A DNA stretch of 64,000 nt from Camelus ferus (GCF_009834535.1 NC_045697.1:85934001-85998000); one strand, 5' to 3'; positions 14,487 to 27,800 are shown, counted from the stretch's first letter. Numbers and translations are program-made. Notes: generated by a model from the letters alone, not told the origin.

Positions 14487-15205
14487 TGTACTGCTTTATG
14501 GCTCTTTGTAAGGAGACAAAAAAATCACGTACATTACTTTAACAGAGGGTTTAGCATAAAGAATTAAATTAGAAGAATTTTGTTTTAACTAAAAAACAAG
14601 AGCCTCAAAAAAGTTAAAGAACAATAAGGTGTCATGAAACTAACAACTACTGGAAGCAGCTACCACCCCTAGGGTTAGGACAACAAAAGGAAGAAGTCAG
14701 AACTATTAAAATTAGAACTTTGAACGAGGAGCTCCACGTAGCTGATACTCAGATCTCTGGAAAAAGGATGTTTGTCAGCTGGAGCAGATGTCTCTTAGTT
14801 TGGAGGAGGGTTTCCATGGAGCAAGGCTTCAGACTTCTCAGAAGGGATGTTTAATGACAGCTCCCAGTGTCCTGAAGGGGCACAATGAGACCTAATTCTG
14901 CAAAAGTGGGAAAATCTGCAAACTGGATTCAGTTGCTTCTGTAAGAATGGAGTGCCACTGTCAGACTGCAGAAACAAGATGGTTGTGATACTGATAAGAA
15001 CCAGAACTAACAAAAAAAGGGGAAGAACCTCCTTTCTTCTTTCTCCTTCAGCTTTGTAGTTCTCTCTAGTGCCCCCTTTGTCAGGATCTAACAGAGAGCC
15101 AGCTGGCAAAGAAATCCTGTTTGCAGAATTCAGCCCTAATATCACTGAGCAGAGTATGAAGGGTGGATTTGGACCTGAGACCCAGTAGCTGAATCATTGG
15201 TGAAA
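14487..15205 (-). mobile_element. Probable ERVL-class LTR adjoining the internal ERVL relic
   Basis: Recalled similarity to LTR33/LTR41-type sequence, and it sits directly against ERVL internal sequence; boundaries approximate. Confidence 0.45.
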
Positions 15206-16990
15206 TCTACCCCTTTGGCTACTCAGCATCCATTCACACTTGTTCTACAAATAGTTGAACGTTCATACAGCAACAAAAAGAACTCCATATTTGTCCCTAA
15301 TATGACAGAACTATCCTTTAGACAAATGAAGGCATTTTCATCCTCTCCCCAAAATTTGGAGGTGCAAAGTCCTAACTGTCATTGTATCCCTGAGTTATGT
15401 TAATTATACCTCAAATTCAGTCACAGCCTCATGTAAATAGTCTGTTATCCAAAGACTAAAGTTTACCTCTAAAAAATTTGCATAAGATTCTAAATAAAAG
15501 GGAAATAAAGGAAAGTGTCTATGTATATGTATACACATATACCAAGAAAGAATATATTTATACAGCTGCTGCTAACCTCATTTCTGTAATGCAGCGTTGA
15601 TTGCTATTTATAACCCCTTTACCCTACACCTCATTTATGTTTTCTTTGTCCTCAGTCAGGGGCTCAGCTAGTCAGGATTTCCTATCTTCCAGGGGGAACA
15701 AAAATTTCATTGCTGAAGGCAATAATAGGTAATAAACATTCAGATATGATACATGTTACCTCCAAAATCTAAAAAGGCCTACCTAGCCCTGTGCCTCTTT
15801 TTGTTACTTGGTAATACAAGGTGCAGCAACTTGCCCTTCACCCTTGTGGTGGTATCTCAGAAATTCTGCTGAGCTGATTTAGTGGGTCTCTAAATTTTCG
15901 TGGGTTTATAACCCACTCTTTCTTTTGCTTATGTCTTACTAAGGCATCTAAATAACTTGCCATTTCCTGCTCATCAGAGGTAATAAGCATAGTATCAACG
16001 TATCACCTCCACCATCACTGGAGAAATGTGATGCTGTTTAAAATGTCAAGATGATCTCTATGGAAGATATTATGATGGAAAATAAGAAAATTAACATAGC
16101 CCTGAGGTAGAACTGCAAAAGTGTATTACAGGTCCTACTGGGCAAAAGCAAGCTACTTTTGTGATTCTTGCAAATTAATATGGAGGGGAAACAAAGCATT
16201 TTCCAGGTCAATAGCTACACACCAGGCACCAGGGTCAATGTTGATTTGGTTCAGTGAAGATGCCACATATTGAGCACAGCAGTTGCAAATGAAGTCAATA
16301 ACTGATTAAATGTATGATATTCCACAGTTATTCTCCAAGATCCAAACAAGCAAATTAAATAGACATCATTCATATCATTATACCTGCATCTTCCGAGCTT
16401 GTTTAAAAAATAAATTGGGGGGAGAGGTAATTAGGTTTATTTATTTTTTTTAACGGAGGTACTGGGGATTGAACCCAGGACCTTGTGCATGCTAAGCATG
16501 TGCTCTACCACTGAGCCCTGCCCTCCCCTCCAAGTCTTTGAAAGTGCCAATAATCCCTGCAATTTCTCCAGATGTGTAGTATTACTTTTATTTACCATCC
16601 TGGCAGGAAGGGGAAGTCCTAGGGGCAACCATGCAGTCCTTCCTACTTAATATCTTTACTTCACAAGTCAGAAAAGCTGTGTGACGATTCCTCAAGGATG
16701 CCTATTCAAATCAAACAGTAATTTAGGAAATAACGACAGGAGTCTGCAGACCTACTGAGCCCACAGTAATTCACATTTGGGCCAAAAACCCCTATGTATC
16801 ACTTGACAACCATACACCCTACTTTGACTAGAGGACCAAAACACTGGTGCTATTTTGGTTCCCCTGTATTTAGCATCAATTCAGAGCCAATGTGTAGTAA
16901 TCCTACAAAAATCTGGTTATTTCCTTTTTCCCAGTGTTTATTCACTCTAGTAAAATGTGGCAGTTCCCTCTGGAGAAAACTTGGAGGATG
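15206..16990 (-). mobile_element. Degraded ERVL-type endogenous retrovirus internal region (pol/RT remnant)
   Basis: Minus-strand translation gives GSWRITVEYHTFNQLLTSFATAV (~16275-16343) and YTFAVLPQGYVNF (~16087-16125), matching the ERVL RT motifs GSWRMTVDY.. and YTFTVLPQGY; stops and frameshifts present. Confidence 0.8.
16412..16528 (-). mobile_element. Vic-1-type SINE inserted into the ERVL relic
   Basis: ggaggtactggggattgaacccaggaccttgtgcatgctaagcatgtgctctaccactgagc is the reverse complement of the SINE head. Confidence 0.9.
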
Positions 16991-17569
16991 ATTCTCAGTA
17001 CACGTCTAAAAATTTTTCTGACATGAGTTTATAGCTCAAATATAAGAGCATTTTTGGTAAAAGCATTTATGGTAGAGCAAGATGATGATGAAATGTTCAT
17101 TTCCTTCCATTCAATAATTCACTAAAAAAAATTAAGTGTATGAGAACTTGTTAAAGCTGACAGACATTTAAAAAAAGTTTCCTTAAGGACCTTACAATTT
17201 AGTGAACAGAAAAAGGAACTAATCACATATTTCAGATAATTTCAGATTGTGATAAATTCAACGAAAGGAATAAACAAGGCAATGTAAGAGACACATCAGG
17301 AGATTTTCGGGGTGTCAGAGCAGATAAAGTGGTTGACACAGGCCAATCTAAAAATGGGGCGTTGAGGTTAAAACCGGAAGAAAGCAGTGGAACCAGCCAT
17401 GACAAGAACTGGAGAATGAGTTCCCAGGCAGAAAGACCAAGTCTGGTGCTCCAGGCCCTGAGTGGGACGAACCTGAAGCTCTGTGAGCCGAAGGCAGAGC
17501 GGTGTGAGACGAGGGTGGACGGACAAGCCGAAGCCAACATGCAGGTCTTTAGAAGGAAGGAAATGTGTG

Positions 17570-18158
17570 CAGTAATTCTGCCGTACTACAACATCTGTGT
17601 TTCTAAAAACCAAAATGCTGTGCAAAATCCCACAGTAAAACCCACAAGGCATAGGGGGAAACACAGGGCTGAAGACAAAATCTCAAAAAATGTGTCACAC
17701 TTTAAAAAATGATAGAAACCTAATAAAACAGCATATTTTGCATATTTTCAATAATTAAGTACAAAGATACTACAATAACTATGTTACTTTACCTTGAAAA
17801 AGACCCTAAGTTTGCTGGTGGAAGCAGCGGGCGTCCGTCCGTCCGTCCGTCCGGAAGCTCACAGCCTCACAGTGCGGCGTTCTTCCCGCAAGCGCAGAAA
17901 GAGGGTTACCTGTAGCCCCGCCCAGAGTGGCAGCACCTGTTGCGCAGGGGCGTGGCTCCCAGCCCTCGAGGAGCTGGGGTGGCTGCTGGGTAATTGAGGT
18001 GCGCGCACCTGTGCCCCATTTACTGGGTGCAGCTCCTGCATTCACCTGGTAGTTTTCACAACAAGGGAGCGTGAAACTCACATTATGCTCAAATTGTTCC
18101 TTCACACAGCTGCCACTTCTTCAAAGCAAGCAATGTGGTAGAACTGTAGAACTGACTG
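17570..18158. mobile_element. Tigger13a-like ancient DNA transposon within L2-like sequence
   Basis: Termini cagtaattctgc.. / ..agaactgactg(ta). Internal blocks actttaccttgaaaaagacc and cattatgctcaaattgttcc match the Tigger13a consensus as recalled. Confidence 0.7.
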
Positions 18159-18579
18159 TATTTTATTCTAATTGTAGGGGAAGCCATTGGAAGGTTTTTA
18201 AATAGCAAAGTGGCATGACGTCCTTGTGTTTTAAAAGATCACCCTGGTCGGCTGGTCGGTGGAAAATGGTTACAGATGAGTAAAAGTGCTATTTACTGTG
18301 TTAGGAAAGACAGAGAGGATCAGGTTTGGAGGTAAATAGTCTAGTGGGAACAACAAGCAGGCAGGTGGATCTATGCTTTCAACCTCAGTGAAAAGGTCAG
18401 AGCTAGAGATATAACTGGCACCTGAGAGCATTTATGTAATGACAGTACATGAGACAAGCTAGGAGGTTAGGGGCTCCGGGCCTTTCTCATCACTGTAAGT
18501 ATGAATTTGAGATCCTATGTAGTTCCACTTCTCTTGTTCTGATTGGGTACCTGAGGATTCTACATATGGTTACACCATG

Positions 18580-18698
18580 AAAGAGAGAGGGAGGGAGAAA
18601 GAAAGAAAGAGAGAAGAAGAAAGAAGAAAGAGAGAGGGAAGGAGAGAGAAAGAAAGAAGAAGGAAGGGAGAACACTGGAGAGAGAAAGAGAGAGAGAG
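18580..18698 (+). repeat. GA-rich polypurine low-complexity tract
   Basis: aagagagagggagggagaaagaaagaaagagagaag... Confidence 0.85.
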
Positions 18699-18774
18699 CA
18701 CTGTAAGATGACCCAGGTCTCTAATCTACAATGCACTTAGGAAACCAAGCTGCAGCAAAGGCAGAACTACATTA

Positions 18775-18975
18775 CAGTTGGCCCTTGAACAACACGGGTT
18801 TAAACTGCGCGAGTCCACTTATATGCAGATTTTTTCAGTAGTAAATATTACAGTACTGCTTGACTTGTTTAGATTCATGGTGAAGGCTCCTGCTGGCTGA
18901 CTATAAATTATCTGTGAATTTTCCACAGCACAGAGGGTCAGCGCCCCTTCCCCCACTGTTGTTCAAGGGTCAATG
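18775..18975. mobile_element. Tigger2-derived MITE (MER8-like)
   Basis: TIRs cagttggcccttgaacaaca / tgttgttcaagggtcaatg, with TA on the left flank. Confidence 0.85.
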
Positions 18976-19499
18976 CATCTACTACACCTTCTTTTTTCTA
19001 CACACAGTTCTTTAACCCATTATTCAATCTGAAATATTTTGTGGGTTTGGAGATAGAAAGAGAAATAAACACTGTTGTAAACTCTCTACATATATATATA
19101 TATATATTTAGTGAACACAGGTGAATTTTTTTGTCTTGAAAGTTTTTCTCATACATTTGTCTACCCCTAAAGTATATTTAAGTATTAAAAGTTTCTAAAA
19201 GAATCAAGAGCCAGTTCCCTCAAAAGTAAGTTGGTAAAACGGACCACTGTCTTCCCAAGTTAAGAGCTTAATAAAATATAAATATAGTAATTTCATAAAT
19301 GGTTTCAGAAAGTCTACCCTGCCACTGATACTGTTACATTCAAATGGCCATTGATTTTTGACAACCATTAGCACCACCAGGCAGATAGCCCCCAACCAGG
19401 TCATATGCCTGTACATCTGCTCTGTCTCCAGTCCTCTCCCTATTACTGGTTTCATCTCACCCCAGCTTGCTCTTCTTCTTCCATTACTATGGCACTTAA

Positions 19500-20180
19500 A
19501 ATTTTTTAATTAATTTATTTTTTACTAACTCTTTATTTTAGAATAGCACTAGTGTTACAAAGAATTGTAACAGAGGATCCCCATATATACTGCACCCATT
19601 TTCCCCTTTAATTAATATCTTATATTGGTTTGGTACATATGACACAACTAATGAACCAATCTTGATACATTATTAACCAGTGTCAATTCTCTATTCAGAT
19701 TTCCTTAGTATTTACCTCTTAACCTTTGTCTGTTTCCAGTATTTCACCAGGATACCACGTTATATTTAGTTGCCATGTCTCCCCAGATTCCTCTTGACTG
19801 TGATAGTTTCTCAGACTTCCCTTGTTTTCGAGGACCTTGACAAACTTGAGGGATGCTATTCAGATATTTTATAGGATACCCCTCCCCTGGAAGCTCTCCA
19901 ATGCTTTTCTCATGATTGGCAGTACAGGTTTCGAGGAGCAAGACCATAGAAGGAAAATGGCATTCTCATCCCATCATATCAAGAGGACCTAGTGTCAACA
20001 TGACTTAGCGCTGTTGAGGGTGACCTTGATTACCTGGCTGAGGCAGTGTTTGTCATGTGTTTCTCCACTGTAAAATTCCTTTGTCCCTTCTTTCCATACT
20101 CTGCTCTTCGGAAGGCCATCACTCAGTGTAGCTCACACATAAGGAATAGAGAATTATGTTCTACCTCCATGAGGAGAGGG
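19500..20180 (-). mobile_element. Ancient LINE-1 3' UTR fragment (L1MC-like)
   Basis: Antisense L1MC-type motifs such as acaactaatgaaccaatcttgatacattattaa and accaggataccacgttatatttagttgccatgtctcc. Confidence 0.7.
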
Positions 20181-20780
20181 CAAAGTGGTACTCTTGGAAC
20201 ATGCTCACCAGTCTTTTCTAATACCCTTCCCCTGCAGAGTATTAGAATTTGGTATTTTTACCCTAGTTAGAAATTAGTATTTTCACCCTAGAAAGGGGTA
20301 AAATTACATCTTTCTCTGAGACTCAGGCAGTTAAAAAGAGCACTGGTTGGAAAAAGGCAGCTGCATGTTGCTCTGGAAGAAGGTATTTAATGCCCAGGGA
20401 CAAGACAAGCCCCCTTAGACTGTTACATCACTAATGTCAGCATCACTAATGGCAAATGCATTACATTTTCAGACAGGTTCCCTGCATCTGATCTGCAGAC
20501 TTCCTTTCCCCACAGCTGGAACCATTGGGATCAGAAAGCAGAATGCATAGAGGATTAACACTGAACATTTAAAAAGCAAAATTACAGTTGGCAAGAGTTG
20601 GGAGATGAAAAGGGGGTAGGAGAAATGAAGGGTAGAGTCTCTGGTACCCTAACCTCTCCCTCTAAGGGGTCTAGAGAGTCTTCCCATTGTTGTTAGAACA
20701 AGAAATGAAAATGTAAATATATTATTTAAGTTACATAGGTAACAATGAAAGGAACTCAGAAGAGCACTGTAAGGATGCTG

Positions 20781-20956
20781 GGGCAGGGGGATGGTATAGC
20801 TCAGAGGTACCATATGTGCGTAGCATGCATGATGTCCTAGGTTCAGTCCCCACTACCTCCATTAAAAAAAAACTAAATTAAAAAATAAGTAAACCTAATT
20901 ACCTCCCCCTAAAACAAACAACCAACCAACCAGAAAAAAAAAAAGAGAGAAAAAAA
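20781..20956 (+). mobile_element. Vic-1-type SINE (long form)
   Basis: Head ggtatagctcagaggta..ggttcagtccccactacctcc, aaacctaattacctcccc segment and A-tail; TSD aaggatgctg at 20771-20780 and 20957-20966. Confidence 0.9.
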
Positions 20957-21029
20957 AAGGATGCTGAGAGAAGAGGGAAGAGAAGATGAAAGGAAAGTAG
21001 AATAAATGAGCTTCACCACCATTTACTAT

Positions 21030-21512
21030 GAAATAATATGAAATATTATTCACCCACAAAAAAGAAGGCAATCCTGCCATTGGTATCAACATGGATGGAC
21101 CACAAGGGCATTATGCTAAGTGAAATAAGTCAGACAGAGAAAGATAAATACTGCATGATCTCACTTACATGTAGAATTAAAAAAAAAAAAAAAACAAGGT
21201 GGGGAGGGAGAATTGGATGGTTGTCAAAAGGTCCAAACTTCCAGTTAAAGGATAATAACTACTAGGGATGTAATGTACAACATGATAACTATACAACACT
21301 GATAAATGGTATATATGAAAACTGTTAAGAGAAAATTCTAAGAGTTCTCATCACAAGGAAAAAAACATTTTTCTCTTTTTCTGTGTCTATATGTGACAGT
21401 GGATGTTAACAAACTGACTGTGGTAGTCATTTCACAATATGTATAAGTCAAACCACTATGCTGTATACCTTAAACTTCTCAGTGCTGTATGTCAGTTCTA
21501 TCTCAATAAAAC
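21030..21512 (+). mobile_element. 5'-truncated LINE-1 3' end (L1MA9/L1_Art-like)
   Basis: ORF2 tail ILPLVSTWMDHKGIMLSEISQTEKDKYCMISL; 3' end tgtcagttctatctcaataaaact. Confidence 0.85.
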
Positions 21513-24500
21513 TTGGGGGGAAAAGGATACAGTCTCTTTACTGTACTACCTCTTTGTCTCTTAGCAGATCACCTGCTCATCTTCGTGGGGTCAACTGAGT
21601 CCCAGCCCCTGTGTTGGCGTCCATGTCCTGCACATCTGCTCATTGCAGCCCACCTCCTGCATCTGGATTCAGGTTCTAGGTCCTTGAGTCTGCTCACTTC
21701 TGCATGATTTACTGGATCTTGTCTGGTAAAATTCTAAGATCTGATAGTGTTCATTATTGTTTTTAAAGTCTTAACTTACTGCCTCCAAAATATAATGTTC
21801 TATTATGTTCATCAGAGATTTATCCCCAACTCTAGCTATTTCTTCTCATCTCAAACAAGATATGTGTCATACACTTAGTTCAGTCAGTACAGTGTTCTAT
21901 TCAATTTCCGTGCTTCCTTTTGTCTTTCTTATATGACTCATGTTCTAAAATCTAGTATCTGGTCTAAACATTGTAAACCCTATATAATCTTTGACCAACC
22001 AACCTGTAATAACTAAAGCGTGATCAGGCTCAAAACCAAGGTCAGAGACTCAGTTGACTGAGGTCATATAAGACCTGGTTAAATAATTGTCTGGGAGAAG
22101 TCCTTCCACACTCTCTCACTTCCCAAGTGATGTATCTTGGCCTTGTGCATAAATGATTATTCTGCCACCACTTTTTCTTTTTCTTACACCAATTGATAAA
22201 AATAGCTTTAGATCTTCAGAACATAGTGAGTGATAACACCTTGACATAAAACCATCAGACAGTCAAGATTCTTTCTGTGTTCTGGCTAATATAGTTTACC
22301 ACTTTAAAAGTCTATTATATTATCAATGAAATAAAAATGAGAGGTAAATGTATGTAGAGAATATATTTTTCAGCATTTTAATGAAAAATTGGAAACAATT
22401 TAATCATCCTGTATAAATTATGATATAGTCATATGATGGAATACCATGCAGATGTTGAAAAACATACAGTCAAAATATATTTACTGACTGGAAGGAAGTG
22501 GAAAAGTGAAAAAAAATTAAGTTATGAAACATTTTGTAAACTGTGATTCCCATTTTGGTAAAAAATATATGTGCACTCTTATAAAAAATTCAAGAAAGGC
22601 ATAGTCTTTGAACATAATACAAAATATTAACCGTGGTTATCACTGGGATTACTAATGACTTGTGTCTCTTCTGTCATATCCATATTTTCTAATTTTTCTG
22701 TGAACATGTACTAATTATATAATGATACTTTCAACTATTCTCTGAATTTTACACATCAAATGATAGTGTTTTCTTGTCATCTGTGGACTATAATAGTTTG
22801 TATTTTTAATTCTAGTCCCATCCTTAGTTATAATTTAGTTGCATTCACTTCAAAATTAAGGACTCACATATTCAGGAAAACAAGAGTCTGGTTAAATATA
22901 TAACATCTTGTAAAACTTCTCATTGGAAAATACAGTAAATGGCTATTTCAAAAGGAGAGTGTTATGCACTAAAATGTTAACAGTGGTTAGCTCTGTCATG
23001 GTTTTGAGTAACTTCTTTTGGTTTCCCTTTTTTATCTTATTTTTCAAAATATGCTACCCTTAAAATGTTTTTAAAAGCAGAAGACAATGAAAAGTTATTC
23101 ATACTATAATGTGCCATTACTCCATGGAATTCTGGAAATGCTAGAATAAATAGAGCAGCCCAGAAAAAGGGGCTGGGCATCCGGCCCCGGCCCCGGCCCC
23201 GCAGGGCTCTCAGCCACACACGGTTAACCGGCACAGTGTGAAAGACCTGACAGTCAGTGCAGCTCAGCTGTAAACCACCTGACTGCAGGGACCGTGTCTT
23301 AGACAACGTGTGCCCGCTGCGTGTTTTGCCTAGAGTAGGGGTACAGTATTTGTCCTGAAAGAAATAAGAAAGATCTCAAGACCCTTACTCAGAAGTTTCA
23401 GGACATTGACAGTTACTTACGTCCACCCTTAGCAGAAATCACATATGTATTCACTCTTTCCCCCCCAGTCTCACACATCTCAGTTAACTAGAGCCAGCAT
23501 CCAGCCCCCGTAAGATGCCCCATCCCTACCCCTACCTCCATTCTGCCAGCATCTCCTGTAAACCCAGAGTTTCTCTGTTCCCCCCAAGACTCTATCAGAG
23601 AGGGCTCAGCCCTCTTTAAGCTTTAAGCTTAAAGCTTTAAGCTTTTCCAAAGGATAAACCTCTTCTCAAGTTCCAGGCATGACTTCAACAACCTGTGGAT
23701 ATAAATAACTTTGTAAGTACCATGACGTCCTGTTTTTCCTCCTACCAGAAATATTTTTAGGATTGTGCTATTGTGAGACATATGCATCTTCTAGACAGGC
23801 TAACAATATGGCACCCTTACAGAACTATATTTCACAAATATTTATTCAACATGTTTTAGTGGCAGCGGGATTAGTGCCAGCAAGGAATAATTTTTATGAA
23901 GCTGTCACTTATTTTCTTAATTTCTTCCTGAGGGAACTGCCTGTGTTAACAGAAATAAGATTTAGCAGTCTTTTGCAAATAATAGCCATTTTTTTAAATA
24001 AACCGATGACCTTTTTGGCATCCTCTACAACAGGTCAGACCACATGACCTCCATGTAAAAGATGTAGTTGGCATGAAGAAGAAACATCCTGAAATAAAAT
24101 GGCAAGACAGGAAGAGTGCCTGATAAGAAAACTGCAGAGAAAGTAAATATTCAAAAACACTCATAATTCATGTGGAAAGAAGAAAAGATCAGAATTAACA
24201 TTACAAAAACTTGAGAATGTAAGGGAAAGGACAAATATCACACATGGTCTCAAAGCACAGAGAAAAATGATAAAGAAATGAAAACCAAGGAGAATAGAGA
24301 AGAGAGATCTGACCTAAGGCTTCTATTTTTTCCTCAGGGAGAGACCAAAAAAATTAGAAAAATCAAACCTATAATTAAATAATCATCTAAATTTTAAAAA
24401 GAATCTTGGGGTCTCAGATTCAAACAGCCTCATTCCAGGGAAAGCCAACCAAAAGAAATTCATCTCAGACACAGCCTGGTAAAGTTTTTTAAATTAAAAC

Positions 24501-25964
24501 AATAAAGAAAAAAAAAACTTCTAAACTTCCAGGCGGGTAGAGGTGAAAGGAAAAGGGAAAGTAATACAGATTGGTCTCATTTTTTTTTTTAATTTCTTCC
24601 ACAGTGCTAAATGAAAAAAGAAACATCTACAGCTTTCAAAAAAAAAAAAAAACCATATTTTATAACCATGTTATTTTTCATGGGAAGATAACAAAATGAC
24701 ATTCACAGATATACATAGACTTGAAAAATATTTCACAAATATCCTTGCTCCAAAAACTCATTGAATATATAAATAGAACAAGACAAATCAAAATAATAAA
24801 CACTCATATCAGGAAATCATATATAATATGATTGGTAAGTCCTTGCTGAAATTTAATTCCAAATTGAGAAATTTAGTTGGATTATCTGTGCCCCAGAGGA
24901 TTCTTCCCTCTGGAGTAAATCTTGATGCTTCTCTCTCTGAATTCCTCATCATTCATTTATTAAACAAATAATTTATAAACGCCTCTTTTGTGCCAAGCAC
25001 TGTGTTGGACCCTAAGGATATAGCGTTAAATCAGATAGTGGTAATCAGTTCCCTAAAAAACCCTGCAGTTGAGTGTTTCACTTCTCTTTCTTTCTCAGTA
25101 GAAAAGATCATTCTTAGGTCATATCCTTTACCCTACATTAAGCAAGAACCTCTTCTCATATATGCTGGCTACTTAAAATAATGATAGGTGTGATTACATT
25201 CCAGCAATTTTAGGATAGTTAAACTATTTTACAGTTTGGACACTGTGCCAGAAGAATTATTCTACAAAAGAGGTTTTGTTTCCCCACCACAAAAGCAGAA
25301 TTGCACAGAGCAAAATAATAGTCATTTTCATTGCTAAGAAACCTAAATCATGATTTTCTCCCTCTTTAAAGATCATATTTAGTGAACAGAGTCATTTGAA
25401 CTCTTCAACTGGAAAAAATGCAGATATTATTTGTCCCCAAGCACATTTTCCTATTGCCTTCCATCCAAAACTCAGGGCTGTTTCTCTGTTGGCTGTACCT
25501 TAAAATGAACTCTTATAGCAAGTAAGCATGTGAAAATGTTCACAGAGTTTATAGAGGGCCTTACCTGAACTTGGCTTCACTGCCTTCTCTTTTAGTATCC
25601 TTTCTTTCTCTCCCAAACCTGCATCTTAGGTAGTACAGATCTAAACAAATGAAATAGAAATACTAGAATAATACATAGCAGAGTGTTCCAATATTTACAC
25701 AAAATTAATAACACAGAAAGGTAAAGGTATTTTCAAAATCTAATTCAATTTCACAAATCCCTTTTCTTTTTTGAATAATTAGACTGACTTGGCCGAGTAT
25801 TATTCATGCCAAAAATTTGGGTCTATAAATTATGTCTAGCCTACCCAGGGTGAAATATTCTGCTGCCATTAAGTGATATTTAATTAAACATTGATATTTA
25901 TGTTAAATATTATATTGATACAGAACTTACAACCATATGGAACTTCAGGAGACTGATCAGTCTG

Positions 25965-27015
25965 GTTGTGAGGGAAACTGGATTAACCAGGCTTTGATCA
26001 GAGAAGCAGATCCACCAGGGAATAGATGTAATAAGCATTTATTTGGGGGATTTATCCCTACACAATTGTAGGATCTGAGTCTGTGTTTCTATGTCTGGTG
26101 CCTGAAGTCCACAAAGCAAATAGTCAAGAAGGGAAGATGAATGCAAAGTGGAAGAAGCAAGGACAAACCAGAAGAGTCTAGGAATTTAACCTACTTACAA
26201 GCTCCTCCACTGGCCTTTTACAGTTTAAGAATTCTGGCAGAAGACACGAGATAAAGGACTCTGTTACAGGATAGCAAGCAGCATGAGCACGATGTTTGTC
26301 TGGGTTCCCCAGTCCCCCACGTCCCATGGGGGCAATGCAGAGGGTCCCAGATGGATGCCACATATATGTCATAGCAGAGGAATACTGAGTCTGGAAAATT
26401 CACCAAAGTAAGTAAGTGTAGTAAGCAGTAAGCAAACCTGTTCTCTGTCCTAGTTGGAGATATTATTTCATCCTCAAGGTGGCTCATTGTAAACACAACC
26501 CTGACAAATGTCCGGGTAAGAAGAGACTTGTATTCTTGGCACACGCAGCAAGAACATCCATGGACATGAGCGCCCGTGGTGGACCGCCTCTCCCAACACT
26601 TGGGAGGCTGAGCTTGGACCCATATGGGTGAACTGGAACCTGCCCAAGTCTCTTACCACCCCCAGGTCTCCAACTTTGATGATGGGTGTGTCCTACAGGA
26701 GACACAGGTGCCCTCCATCATAAAGCTAAACACACACCAAGTCCAGGAGTTGGGAGGGCTAGAGGAGGATGAGGCAGGAGCTGACTCGATGCAAGCCCAG
26801 CTGCTGTCCCGTGCCGACCAGACGAGCCCGTGGATAAATGACACCTCACTAAATTTTAGAGCATAAAAAGCAAAATGACTGCTGTTCCACTTCTGCCTTC
26901 CAAACCTTGTGCAAAATATCTCTCATGACCTATGCTAACCCCAAATCATCCAGGAAAGGGAATTCTAGAAAACACAATTCCAGCTCAGCTAAGTTAACCG
27001 ATACAATCCACCACA
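25965..27015. mobile_element. Ancient ERVL-class LTR cluster, probably nested
   Basis: LTR-like terminal motif ggaaagggaattctagaaaacacaattccagctcagctaagtt..accaca; subfamily and boundaries uncertain. Confidence 0.45.
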
Positions 27016-27162
27016 GGCTATGGACATATGGCCTTCGTGTTACCTTCCTTCCAAAGCTGCTAAGCCTCACTGTCCACCTTTGGGCAACAAGACTCCTATC
27101 ACTCTCATTTCATGAAGGAATGGCTGAGAACCACAGGGACAATAGAAACCACTAGTCACGTT

Positions 27163-27800
27163 GTGTCGGGGATCCCCAAGCCCACCCCCAGCTTCAGTGA
27201 TTCTCCAGGAGGACTCACAGGTCTCAGCACATAGTCATACTCACAGATAAAACTTATTACAGTGAAAAGACACAAAGTAAAATCAGCGAAGGAAAAGCTT
27301 CATGCAGAGAAGCGTGGAAGAAACCAGACACAAGTTTCCAAGAGTCCTTGTCCAGGGGAGTCTCCCAGAACATGCTTAATTTTCGCAGCAGTAGGTTGTA
27401 ATAACATGTGTAAAGTCGTGGGCCAAGAAAGCTCTTTAAAGACTCACTGCCCAAGAGGGTGGGTATAGCTCAGTGGTAGAGCGCATGCTTAGCGTGCATG
27501 AGGTCCTGGGTTCAATCCCCAGTGCCTCCATTTAAAAAAAATTTTTTTTAAACTTGAAATGGAGACTCATTGCCCAAAGTTTTTCTTGGAGGGCTGGTCA
27601 CATAGGCACTTCTGCCTAGCATGTACTCAGATTCCAGACTCCCAGCAGGAAAGCAGAGGTGCACCATAAACCATACTGTTTGTGGAGTTTAGGCCCAGTG
27701 AGCTGCTTTTGTCAGTTGCATCTACGATGGGAACCTTCTCAAAACCCAAGTCCCCAGCTGCCAGCCAGAGGCCACCCACGCAATCTGGTATGAGCCAAGT
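27163..27800 (-). mobile_element. MER21/MER68/MER77-group LTR remnant
   Basis: aggaggactcacaggtctcagcacatagtcatactcac..aaaatcagcgaaggaaaag is characteristic of this LTR group; interrupted by a SINE. Confidence 0.65.
27455..27562 (+). mobile_element. Vic-1-type SINE
   Basis: Near-consensus head gggtatagctcagtggtagagcgcatgcttagcgtgcatgaggtcctgggttcaatccccag; 15-bp TSD agactcactgcccaa / agactcattgcccaa. Confidence 0.93.

Noticed and set aside
27455..27530. tRNA-Ala-like sequences, here and at the other five SINE heads, as tRNA genes
   Set aside because: They have A-rich tails, mostly clear target-site duplications and degenerate acceptor stems, so they are SINEs rather than tRNA genes.
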